The position numbers and the translations under genes are program-made. A stretch of 36,777 nt of DNA from Octopus sinensis (Eukaryota), in assembly GCF_006345805.1 (NCBI RefSeq), contig NW_021824675.1, positions 1-36,777 of the forward strand, read 5' to 3'. Shown piece after piece: positions 21,189-31,589 of the stretch (position 1 is its first letter; each line of letters opens with the position of its first letter). Below the pieces are notes generated by a model that had not been told where the DNA came from, searched no databases, and saw nothing but the letters and a program-made list of their open reading frames with translations.

Positions 21189-22033
21189 ATATATATATAC
21201 AACACACACGTACGCACACACAGCGGAACGTATAAGTATATATGTATAAATGCGCCCGTACACACTCACATCCTCATGCACATACACGCATGTAAACAGA
21301 CACTCATCCGGACACAATCGTAAATATACGCCGCACTTACATATGTATATAGAGTGATATAATATATATTGGCACTTAAGAATTATGTCACATTCTCTGT
21401 AGTGCTTTTCTCCTGAGAAAATATATATTGCACCATTTATTCGTATAGAGTTACACATACATCACTGATAAACCCAAACATTTAAACACTCACAAATACA
21501 TATACGCACACGCAGACATTTTTAAACTGTGTCGTCATTCTACGCTTAGAATCGTGTTTAGAAACATGGTATGCTATGTGTAATACCATGTATACATACA
21601 GACAGACACAGACACTCAAATATATGTATACATACATACATATATACATTCACGCACGTACATGCACGGAGATGAACGAATGTTTAGAGGAAAGGCACAT
21701 ACATATATACACAGTTCAACGCATATATATATAGTCAGGAATTCACTAATATTTCATAAACGTTCACTCGTCTTATGAATTAAGCTCGAACCAACTCAAA
21801 GTCGAAGTGCCAAGTCTGGTGACATTTTTTTTTATCCTTTAAACCGAAATCCCGTACATACATACATACATACATACATACATACATACATACATACATA
21901 CATACATACATACATACATACGTACATACATACCTACGTCTGTTACTCAGATACGTTCGTACATACGTACGAACGTGTATGCGTACATGCATTTAGACAC
22001 ATACGTATAGATACAAACATATATATATATATA

Positions 22034-22119
<86 letters not shown>

Positions 22120-22500
22120 TATGTGTATATAAACATGTATATATATACATATAGATAGATTGATATGTCGATAAATAGACACATAAATACAAATAGTTAC
22201 ATAAATATACAGATACATAAATGCATACATAGGTACATACATATACACATTCATACGTGTACATACATACATGCATACATATATAAATATATATAAACAT
22301 ATATGCATACAAATATGCATATATATGTACATATACATACAAATATACATACATACATATATACATACACATAGGTACATATGTACAATACGTACATACA
22401 TATAGTTATATCCATACACTTAAACATACAGATATATACACGAATATACACACATATGAATACATAAATAAACATACACACATCTCCCTTTATAAAAATC
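20760..22500. repeat. Compound (CA)n/(TA)n/(TACA)n microsatellite field
   Basis: Includes (TACA)n at about 21856-21930 and a long (TA)n at about 22036-22116. Confidence 0.95.
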
Positions 22501-22747
22501 CCATGGAAGTTCAGATCGTTGGTTGCAATAAAAGATTATTTCTGTCAAAATCTTTACAGATTTCGTTCCAGGAAGCTCGCATACATACGCATGCGCACAC
22601 ATATACCCAAAACGCTTGTTTACATACAGAAACTCGTTCATACTCACAATCTCAACTACACACTCTCATATGCATTTACAAGCAGACTTACACAAGTAGG
22701 TCATATGTGCGCATGCACAATTTTGAGTGAAAGTGACACATTGAAGC

Positions 22748-22803
<56 letters not shown>

Positions 22804-22899
22804 TTGCATTTCATAAATGCAAACACACGCGCACGCACACAGTCATATAATTACATACACACATGTATGTACTCAAATACTGACATAGTATTAATAATA

Positions 22900-23089
22900 C
22901 TTTCTAATTTTCCCACAAGGCCAGCCATTTTACAGAAAAGGGACAAGTCGACCCTAGTGCTCGTCTGGTACTAATTTCATCGATTCCGAAAGGATGAAAG
23001 GCAAAGTCGACCTCGGCGATAATTTGAACCTAGAACGTAAAGCCGGAAGAAATGTTGCTAAGCATTTTGTCCGGTGTACCAATGATTGC
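22900..23089 (-). mobile_element. Family A SINE (tail 2)
   Basis: Core GGATGAAAGGCAAAGTCGACCTCGGCG and head remnant GCTAAGCATTTTGTCCGG on the plus strand. Confidence 0.8.
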
Positions 23090-23130
23090 ACGTTAATGAT
23101 AATAATAATAATTATTATTATTATTACAAT

Positions 23131-23345
23131 AATCCTTTCTACTATAAGCACAAGACCTGGACCTTTAGGGAAGGGGGCTAGTCGATTACATCGACTCCAG
23201 TGCGTAACTGGTACTTATTTTATCGATCCTAAAAGGATGAAAGTAAAGTCCACCTTGGTGGAATTTGAACTCAGAGCGTAAAGACCGACGAAATACCGCT
23301 AAGCATTTCGTCGGGCGTGCTAACGATTCTGTTAGTTTGCCGCCT
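23131..23345 (-). mobile_element. Family A SINE, full length (tail 2)
   Basis: Complete head GGCGGCAAACTAACAGAATCGTTAGCACGCCCGACGAAATGCTTAGCGGTATTTCGTCGG. Confidence 0.85.
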
Positions 23346-23435
23346 AAATAACAACAATAATAATGATGATGATGATACGCAGAAGCGGTACCATAGCCAA
23401 TGAGGGTTATCCGAGGCGTGGTTATTGCTAGTTGA

Positions 23436-23500
<65 letters not shown>

Positions 23501-23513
23501 TGATGATGATAAT

Positions 23514-24270
23514 TGCAGAATCTGTGGACAAAATAGTGAAACCGTATGGCATATTAGCTGCCAATGTACGCCACTAGCCCAGAAGGAATATAAGAGACGC
23601 CACGACAATATAGCAAGGTTTTCCATTGGATACTTTGCAACAAGTATGGACTTGACAAAGCAAAAATTTGGTACGACCACAAACCCAAAGGCATCATCGA
23701 AAATGATAATGCAAAGATCCTGTGGGATTTTATGATTCACTGCGACCATGAGATAGAGAATAGGAAGCCAGACATAGTCTTAATTGAGAAAGAAAGCAAA
23801 CTGTGCTGGATCATAGATATAGCATTCCCAGCTGACAGCAAGGTATGCGATAAGGAAGAAAGACAGGTTAGCTTGGGAGGTTAAGCAGTTGTGGTCAATG
23901 AAAAAGGTGGTAGTAGTACCAATAATTATAGGAGCCTTAGGAACAGTGACTAAAACTCTTGAGAAGTACATAGAACAAATAGGGGCTCCAATAAAGGTGG
24001 AGCACTTGCAGAAAACAGCACTGCTTGGAACCGCTCGAATACTCCGGAAGGTGCTCGAAAAATAAGAGGTGTTTCTTTAGTTCACTGGCAGTGAACAGCT
24101 GACACCATAGTACATTTTTACAATAGGACAAAATTTATATTATTTGCTCTCAAGCGAAGCAAGGCTCTATAGCCTCACTACCTCCTTCTAATAAAAAAAG
24201 AAAGAAAGTGTGGCGGGGGTCTCTAATAAACCAGTCTCTCAGTCCACAATAAAAGCTGCGCAAAAGCAAT
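23514..24270 (+). mobile_element. R4/Dong-like RLE non-LTR retrotransposon, 5'-truncated
   Basis: CRICGQNSETVWHISCQC (CCHC), EYKRRHD, RKPDIVLIEK...IIDIAFP (PD..D restriction-like endonuclease), VPIIIGALG, LQKTALLGTARILRKVLEK* (TAA 24063-24065), with two frameshifts. (TAA)n on both sides. Confidence 0.85.
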
Positions 24271-24284
24271 GATAATAATAATAA

Positions 24285-24571
24285 TCTCTTTTTATTGGCC
24301 ACAAGGGCCGACCACAAAACAAAATGGGTTAATACGAGACAAAGGACGAGTTGGGCTTGGCACAAAAATATATGTATAGAATAAAAAAAGACAATAACAA
24401 AGGGGGAGTTCAAGCCAAGACCAACCGAGGAATCCCACACCTCCTGGATACCCCGACCACCTAGGGCACTTCAGGCAGGCACCTCTCTCCTCCTTAACCT
24501 TTCCGGTTTACAAGCGTATGATCAGAGTAGGCCCATTCACATGGGACATCCTCACCACATTCACCGACCTA
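24285..24571 (-). mobile_element. Tx1-like LINE 3' fragment (diverged subfamily)
   Basis: Minus strand RSVNVVRMSHVNGPTLIIRL* resembles RWKYVARVLCVQGTV* of the full-length LINE. A ~220-nt UTR ends GGCCCTTGTGGCCAATAAAAAGAGAT. Confidence 0.65.
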
Positions 24572-24649
24572 ACAATAATAATAATAATGATGATGATGAT
24601 GATGATGACGGTGGTGGTGGTGGTGGTGGTGGTGGTGGTGGTGGTGATG

Positions 24650-25065
24650 ATTTCTTTGTTAGCCACCAGTGTGCACAAAATAATGAGGATATTACAAGCG
24701 GAATATAACAGGAAACAAATAGGGAATTTTGCGTGTAAACAAAATGTAAAAAAAAAATAAATAAACAAAGCACTGTAACAATAAAATTATAGCAAAGAAA
24801 ATTCCCTTCAAAAGGTAGGGAGGCCTCTGAGAGCTACTCGTGGAAATCCTACAATACCACAAGCCACTCTGGCCACTGCAGCAAATGTACTCTCCCAGTT
24901 GTTCTCCAGTTGGCAGGCTCATGCTCAAAGCAGATTCGTTCGGTGGTATCAAACTCGCCACTCTCATTTGTCTTTCAACAAATTTGCTGAGCGATAGCAT
25001 TTACTTCGATACCCTTACTTTCGTTTTCACCTGACGCTAGGAAAAGTCGAGGTCTTGGTGACATA
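24650..25065 (-). mobile_element. Second Tx1-like LINE 3' fragment
   Basis: Minus strand VKTKVRVSK*MLSLSKFVERQMRVASL aligns with LKRKLWLEKRCLSECTFQKRWKYVARV. About 270 nt downstream it ends GGTGGCTAACAAAGAAAT. Confidence 0.55.
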
Positions 25066-25114
25066 GAGAAAAAAATAGTTTCACCCTTTCGTAATAATCA
25101 GTTTTTTTTTTATA

Positions 25115-25328
25115 CAAGGGGGTGCTGAGAGGTTCCTGGTTTTAAAGGTGTCGCAGAAGGGCTGGTTGGAGGCCCAACTTTCCGAGTTCTTTTAAATGGC
25201 TTAGAAAAGCAGAAGGACCGCTGCAATAAGTGTGTGAATCTGAAATGGAAATATCTTGAATAAAATCATAATCAACAGCTCCTGTATTTTCTCTTACCCA
25301 AAGCCAGGAACTTTTCAGCACCCCTTTG
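25115..25328. mobile_element. 214-bp Tc1/mariner-type MITE
   Basis: 29-bp TIRs, 25/29 identical (CAAGGGGGTGCTGAGAGGTTCCTGGTTTT vs reverse complement CAAAGGGGTGCTGAAAAGTTCCTGGCTTT), with TA on both sides (25113-14, 25329-30). Confidence 0.85.
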
Positions 25329-25334
25329 TATATA

Positions 25335-26049
25335 GTGCTCATATGCACCCGATTTCGACTCGAAAAATTCCCAGCCATACGCTGCTTCATATTGATGTAC
25401 AGGCACCATTTTTCGTCGCCAGTATCGATTCGGTAAAGAAATCGTTGCTTGTGTCCATGAGTTGAGCGGTGACGAGCAAGCAAACCAGTGGAGATTGTGG
25501 CTCGTTGATTTTTGTTGTTGTCACTTAAAGCATGCTGAACCCATGCTTCTGAACTTTTCCCATCGAGTAAAGATGCTTCTCTATAGCAATGTGGGAGCAT
25601 TCCATTTTCTCTACCAGTTCCCTTGTCGTTTGACAAGAATTTTCGTGCAAAAGTTGGTTTAATCGCTCTTCATCGAACTCAACTGAACGGCCAGAACGAG
25701 GTGCGTCTTTGAGGTCAAAATTTCCATTTTTGAACTTGGCATACCAATCACGAGCGGTTCTTTCAGCTATGGCACCTTCTCCAGACACAGCACAAACGTC
25801 GCGAGCAGCTTTTGCGGCGTTAGAACCTTGATTAAAAGCAAAAAAGAAGGAAGTGTCAAAAATGCTCGTTTTTCTTAACTTGACATTCCATTTTAATGAT
25901 CTGAAAATAAACAAAAATTAACTAAAAAAACAACATAGATTCCAACATGATTTGAAAATAGAATTCTCGAAAAAAATAGATTCCAAAATTTAAAAACGCA
26001 ATAAATTCCAAAATTTAAAAAGACGTCGGAAACTTAGTTGCCAACCCAA
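25335..26049 (-). mobile_element. Mariner transposon remnant (5' TIR + N-terminal transposase)
   Basis: 5' TIR TTGGGTTGGCAACTAAG ending at 26049 with TA at 26050-51. ATG at 25891; HTH region ...DWYAKFKNGNFDLKDAPRSGR; WVQHAL (WVPHEL-like); TGDEKW (first catalytic D). Contains stops and frameshifts; the rest of the DDD domain and the 3' TIR are absent. Confidence 0.9.
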
Positions 26050-26089
26050 TAGATAGGTCAGGAGTAGTGTTACAGTACATGTATATACA

Positions 26090-26463
26090 CTTTACTCTTT
26101 TACTTGTTTCAGTCATTTGACTGCGGCCATGCTGGAGCACTGCCTTTAGTGGAGCAAACCGACCCCAGGACTTAGTCTTATTCTATAATTCTCTTTTGCC
26201 GAACCGCTAAGTTGCGGAGACGTAAACACACCAGCAATGTTGGGAGGACAAACACAGACACACAAACATATACACATACATTTATGTATACATATACATA
26301 TATACGACGGGCTTTTTTCAGTTTCTGTCTACCAAATCCACTCACAAGGCTTTGGTCGACCCGAGGCTATAGTAAAAGACACTTGCCCAAGGTGCCACGC
26401 AGTGGGACTGAACCCAGAACCATATGGCTGGTAAGCAAGCTATTTACCACACAGCCACTCCTG
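26090..26463 (-). mobile_element. Family B SINE
   Basis: CAGGAGTGGCTGTGTGGTAAATAGC...ACCTTGGGCAAGTGTC...GAAACAAGTAAAAGAGTAAA. Confidence 0.9.
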
Positions 26464-26588
26464 TATATATGCATGTATATATGTGAGTACACACACGTGT
26501 ATGTATAATTTTAAAAGACTTGGTATAAATACTTTGATAGGAAGAGTATTCACCATAGCAAGGTCGTTGTCTCGATTCTTAAACAAGC

Positions 26589-26800
26589 AATGCGTTGTGT
26601 TCTTGAACAAAACACTTCATATCACGTTATTCCAGTTCACTTGGCTGTAAATGGGTAACTCTGCGACGGTGGAATGGTATCTCGTTCGAAAGGAAATGTT
26701 AGCCTACCGCCCAGCCAGCAGGGTGGCATCATTTAAAAGATGCAACAATGCGAGGAACCGCATTGTGAAACAAGATCCGACAGTCTGGTCGACACAGTGA
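26589..26800 (+). mobile_element. Family-C-body SINE fragment with yet another tail
   Basis: GCGTTGTGTTCTTGAACAAAACACTTCATATCACGTT... followed by sequence unrelated to the other C tails. Confidence 0.6.
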
Positions 26801-26823
26801 TGTGTATAAGTGTGTGTGTTAAT

Positions 26824-26867
<44 letters not shown>

Positions 26868-26989
26868 TATAATTTAGGGTATCTGAGAGATACCCTAAAT
26901 TATAAATTTAATAAAAATGATTACCTTTGAAGGTTTTTATTCCCATGCTGGCCACTTGATTAGATCGATAATTAAATTTACGATCTTAT

Positions 26990-27031
<42 letters not shown>

Positions 27032-27032
27032 C

Positions 27033-27063
<31 letters not shown>

Positions 27064-27113
27064 TGCATACACACACACTCTCTCTCTCACACACACACAC
27101 ACACATACACACT

Positions 27114-27171
<58 letters not shown>

Positions 27172-27374
27172 GGCATACCTCGGCTTAAGTCATTTCGATT
27201 TAAGTTGTTTTCGATTATACGTCGGTTTTCAAAAATAATATATGGAAAAATAAAAATCAAGTTAAGTGATTTTACTCAACTTTACGCCCGTCCGCCGCAA
27301 ATATTGGAATCGTAAAATCACTAGAAAACCGTTAAAAGCACATAAAATCAATTCGTGATTGATTTTAAGGTGTT

Positions 27375-27796
27375 TGATGGTGACTACGAGCAAAGAACTG
27401 GAAATGGATTTGGAGGAGAAGGATTTCACAGATTTATTTGAAAAAGACAAGCAGCTCCTGAGGAACCAAGATTTTATAGAGCTTCACGAGCAGCAAAATA
27501 AAGAAGAGAAAGTCGAACCTGAGCCGCGTCATCTTACCATTAAGAAAATGCAGCAAACATTTGCATATATCATAAAAGGTCTTTCTATGTTCGAGGATAT
27601 GGATCCAAATGCTCAGCGTTTTTCCAAGCTTATGGAGGCTTGTCACAAAGCTTTTCTTCCTTATAATGTAATCCTCGAGGAAAAGAATACAGTTCAAGGA
27701 ACTCTCAACCGATTTTTTGAGCGCATCAAACAACAAGAACAACCAGAGTCAGCTGTTGATGTTGACGATCCACAGCCATCTACATCCGCGATGTAA
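27375..27796 (+). pseudogene. C-terminal fragment of a pogo/Tigger transposase
   Basis: ELEMDLEEKDFTDLF...LTIKKMQQTF...FEDMDPNAQRFSK...ILEEK...QGTLNRFF...PQPSTSAM* resembles Tigger transposase C-termini. No DDE or HTH domain. Confidence 0.7.
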
Positions 27797-27858
27797 ACCA
27801 CCAAATTGTATGTACGTATTGGTAAATTTTTTTAAAAATTAGTCTTCTTTTACTATTA

Positions 27859-28060
27859 GGTGTAGGAGTGGCTCTGTGGTAAGTAGCTTGCTTACGAACC
27901 ACATGGTTCCAGGTTCAGTCCCACTACGTGGCACCTTGGGCAAGTGTCTTTTACTATGGCCTCGGGCCGACCAAAGCCTTGTGAGTGGATTTGGTAGACG
28001 GAAACTGAAAGAAGCCCGTCGTGTATATGTATATGCATATGTGTGTGTGTATGTGTGTGT

Positions 28061-28094
<34 letters not shown>

Positions 28095-28175
28095 TGTGCG
28101 TGTGTGCTTGTCCCCCCCTCCAACATCGCTTGACAACCGATTTGGTAGACGGAAACTGAAAGAAGCCCGTCGTGT

Positions 28176-28210
<35 letters not shown>

Positions 28211-28456
28211 ATTTTTGTGTGTCTGTGTTTGTCCCCCCCCTCAACATCGCTTGACAACCGATGCTGGTGTGTTTACGTCCCCATAACTTAGCAGTTCGGC
28301 AAAAGAGACCGATAGAATAAGTACTAGGCTTACAAAGGATAAGTCCTAGGGTTGATTTGCTCGACTAAAGGCGGTGCTCCAGCATGGCCACAGTCAAATG
28401 ACTGAAACAAGTAAAAGAGTAAAAGAGTAAAGAGTAAAGAGTAAAGAGTAAAGAGT
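27859..28456 (+). mobile_element. Family B SINE with internal tandem duplication and (GTAAAGA)n tail
   Basis: The segment TTGGTAGACGGAAACTG...CAACATCGCTTGACAACCGAT occurs twice. Confidence 0.9.
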
Positions 28457-28550
28457 ATTGTAAAATAATAATAATTACCGAATTTGTTTTTTAAGCTTCA
28501 AAATGGTTTTTATTTCACCATTTCTTATTGCAAGCCGCAATCATAAATAG

Positions 28551-28780
28551 ATTTCTTTATTGCCCACAAGGGGCTTAACATAGAGGGGACAAACAAGGAC
28601 AGACAAATGGTTTAAGTCGATTACATCGACTCCAGTGCGTAACTGGTACTTAATTTATCGACCGCGAAAGGATGAAAGGCAAAGTCGACCTCGGCGGAAT
28701 TTGAACTCAGAACGTAACGGCAGATGAAATACCGCTAAGCATTCGCCCGGCGCGCTAACATGTCTGCCAGCTCGCCGCCT
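28551..28780 (-). mobile_element. Family A SINE, full length, tail 1
   Basis: GGCGGCGAGCTGGCAG...GCTTAGCGGTATTTCATCTGCCGTTACGTTCTGAG...GCCCTTGTGGGCAATAAAGAAAT. Serves as the empty-site reference for the LINE insertion. Confidence 0.92.
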
Positions 28781-29046
28781 AGCGCGTCCGCGATGTACAG
28801 TAAAAACCGCCAAATTGTATTCATAAATTTAGATTACATTTTTTTTTACTGTACTGTATTGAGAAATAAAAATTATTTGTTTGCAAGCTTAAATAGGATT
28901 TTATTAACCATGTATTATTGAAAATCCGTTCAAAAAACAAAGTACAGAACTTGGAATGGTTATTATCGGTTTAGCCTAGAGACAAGTAAATTCAGCCTAG
29001 CCTAGCCTAGAGACAAGTTAATTCGACTTAAGTCGTTTTTCGACTT

Positions 29047-29285
29047 ATGTATGTATGTATGTATGTATGTATGTAGGTATGTATGTATGTATGTATGTAT
29101 GTATGTATGTATGTATGTATGTATGTATGTATCTATCTATCTATATATATATATATATATGTATGCATGTATCTATGTATGTATGTATGTATGTGTGTGT
29201 GTATGTATGTATGTATGTATGTGTGTATGTATGTGTGTATGTATGTATGTATGTATGTATGTATGTATGTATGTATGTATGTATG
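29047..29285. repeat. (TATG)n microsatellite
   Basis: Directly visible. Confidence 0.95.
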
Positions 29286-29667
29286 AGGATTATATGTATG
29301 TATAAGGATTCAGAATAGAATCAGGCACTTAAATAATATGCACCATGTTGGGTCGAATTAACTTGTAAACAACACCCTTAGTCGAATAAATATACTGGGT
29401 ACTGAAGTACATCCAGTAGAAATATTTCTTACGAGTATTTTATGCCAAGGGGCTGGTCCAAAGCGCAAGCTGTATTGATCACACAAGTTCTATTATTTAG
29501 GCAGGATAAGATATTATATAAGATCTTATATGTATTCCATTCTGCCTAAATAATGGAACTGCAGATGCAATATCCCTGCATATCTCACGTCTGTTTTCAT
29601 TCCTCCACTTCACTCTCTATTTCATATCTTTTCTAGAATATCTATTGCTTAACCATTTTTTCACTCC

Positions 29668-29715
29668 GTCTCCGATGAAGGGATATATGAAATATCCCGG
29701 AAACAGCTGTAAGAC
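29668..29715 (+). ncRNA. Minimal type-I hammerhead-ribozyme-like motif (Penelope-element type)
   Basis: GTCT-CCGATGA-A-GGGATAT-ATGAA-ATATCCC-G-GAAA-CAGCTGT-A-AGAC. Stem I GTCT/AGAC; perfect 7-bp stem II; palindromic stem III ACAGCTGT; GUA cleavage triplet. U4 of the core is C. Confidence 0.6.
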
Positions 29716-29790
29716 CTTCTCTTTATAAATGTTCTGAAATCTTTCACAGCCTTGGATTTTTATCTCATTCTCTTTCTCTTTCTCTTTTCT

Positions 29791-30179
29791 CTTTTACTTG
29801 CTTCAGTCATTTGACTGCGGCCATGCTGGAGCACCGCCTTTAATCGAGCAACTCGACCCCGGGACTTATTCTTTTGTAAGCCCAGTACTTATTCTATCGG
29901 TCTGTTTTGCCGAACCGCTAAGTAACGGGGACATAAACGCACCAGCATCGGTTGTCAAGCAATGCTAGGGGGACAAACACAGACACACAAACACACACAC
30001 GCATATATATATATACATATATACCACGGGCTTCTTTTCAGTTTCCGTCTACCAAATTCACCTACAAGGCTTTGGTCGGCACGAGGCTATAGTAGAAGAC
30101 ACTTGCCCAAGCTGTGGGACTGAACCCGGAACCATGTGGTTGGTAAACAAGCTACTTACCACACAGCCACTCCTGCGCC
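29791..30179 (-). mobile_element. Family B SINE
   Basis: Head GGCGCAGGAGTGGCTGTGTGGTAAGTAGC; tail GAAGCAAGTAAAAG. Confidence 0.9.
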
Positions 30180-30186
30180 CATTCTG

Positions 30187-30232
<46 letters not shown>

Positions 30233-30234
<2 letters not shown>

Positions 30235-30324
30235 ACTTAATTTCAATGGAGGCAATGTTAGCGGAAATTTAATTATCTTCCTCTAGTTTCCGCTTGCATT
30301 GCCTCCATTAAAACTATTAAGTGG
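30233..30324. mobile_element. Short fold-back element (MITE-like hairpin)
   Basis: Arms 30233-30267 and 30287-30324 are imperfect reverse complements; 19-nt loop. Confidence 0.65.
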
Positions 30325-30331
30325 AATATAT

Positions 30332-30742
30332 GGCGCAGGAGTGGCTGTGTGGTAAGTAGCTTGCTAACCAACCACATGGTTCCGGGTTCAGTCCCACTGC
30401 GTGGCATCTTGGGCAAGTGTCTTCTGCTATAGCCCCGGGCCGACCAATGCCTTGTGAGTGGATTGGTAGACGGAACTGAAAGAAGCCTGTCGTATATATG
30501 TTATAATATATGTGTGTGTGTTTGTGTGTCTGTGTTTGTCCCCCTAGCATTGCTTGACAACCGATGCTGGTGTGTTTACGTCCCCGTTACTTAGCGGTTC
30601 GGCGAAAGAGACCGATAGAATAAGCACTGGGCTTACAAAGAATAAGTCCCGGGGTCGATTTGCTCGACTAAAGGCGGTGCTCCAGCATGGCCGCAGTCAA
30701 ATGACTGAAACAAGTAACAGAGAGTAAAAGAGTAAAGAGAGT
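30332..30742 (+). mobile_element. Family B SINE
   Basis: Complete head to GAAACAAGTAAC(AGAGTAAA)n. Confidence 0.9.
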
Positions 30743-30834
30743 ATAGCTCACTTGGAGCACTACAACTCCAGTCTGTATTTTACTTGCGCGTATTGTTAAC
30801 ACTAGCAATCTCAAAATAAAGCAGTGTATTTAAT

Positions 30835-30864
<30 letters not shown>

Positions 30865-30874
<10 letters not shown>

Positions 30875-30975
30875 TACACCAGAGTAAGCGCATAAATGCG
30901 AAACAAGGTGGAAAAAATAGTACCCGAATACCAGAGGTAGAGTAATATGCTTTATTGAAAAGCAGTAAAACTTTT
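30865..30975 (+). repeat. Dispersed repeat family F (possibly Penelope-associated)
   Basis: CATAAATG(C/T)GAAACAAGGTGGAAAAAA...AATACCAG(A/T)GGTAGAGTAATATGCTTTATT is shared with 32005-32165. Confidence 0.7.
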
Positions 30976-31044
30976 TGTGATATGTTTGATGCTTTTTAAT
31001 AAATTATATATATATATGTCCTGTTTTTTGTTACCTTTTTACCC

Positions 31045-31345
31045 CTCCGCAAAAAAATCTCAAATTTTATTTTTTGATTTTCGCGGGAAGATTGTTTCAT
31101 TAAAGTCATGTATCGCCTTGACCTTCGAAACGTGGAGTAATGAAACAAAGGCGACTGAAGAAGGGGAATTTTCCTTGTTTTGTATGCCCTGTACTCTATT
31201 TTTTCGTTGTTTAGAAAATGTCCATTTCCTTGGTTTTGTGTTTATGTTTTCGTTTCTCATTGTGTTCGACGTTTTTTTGGTGTCCTGTACCCATATATGC
31301 ATGTATATATACATGTAGAGGTAGGTACGTACATATATGTATGTA
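31045..31345 (+). repeat. Dispersed repeat family G, copy 1
   Basis: Colinear with 34785-35085 (AAATC(T/C)CAAATTTTATTT...GCGGGA...CTGA(A/T)GAAGGG...GTCCTGT...CATATGCAT). Confidence 0.65.
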
Positions 31346-31467
31346 TATATGATTTTGATTTTGATTTTTTCCAGTTTCAGCTAATGAGCTGTGGCCATGC
31401 TGGGGCACCGCCATTTAAAAGATGCTTGTCAGAAGTGGGATGCATATGTTTTATTTTTAATTTATTA

Positions 31468-31543
<76 letters not shown>

Positions 31544-31589
31544 GTATATATATATGTATGTATGTATGTATTTATGTATATACACGTGT

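Larger units (their letters stand above)
27170..29046 (+). mobile_element. pogo/Tigger-type DNA transposon, internally deleted, with two nested SINEs
   Basis: Starts CAGGCATACCTCG (Tigger-like TIR) with TTCGA(T/C)TTAAGT subterminal repeats, which recur at 29022-29046. The right TIR is not seen. Confidence 0.7.
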
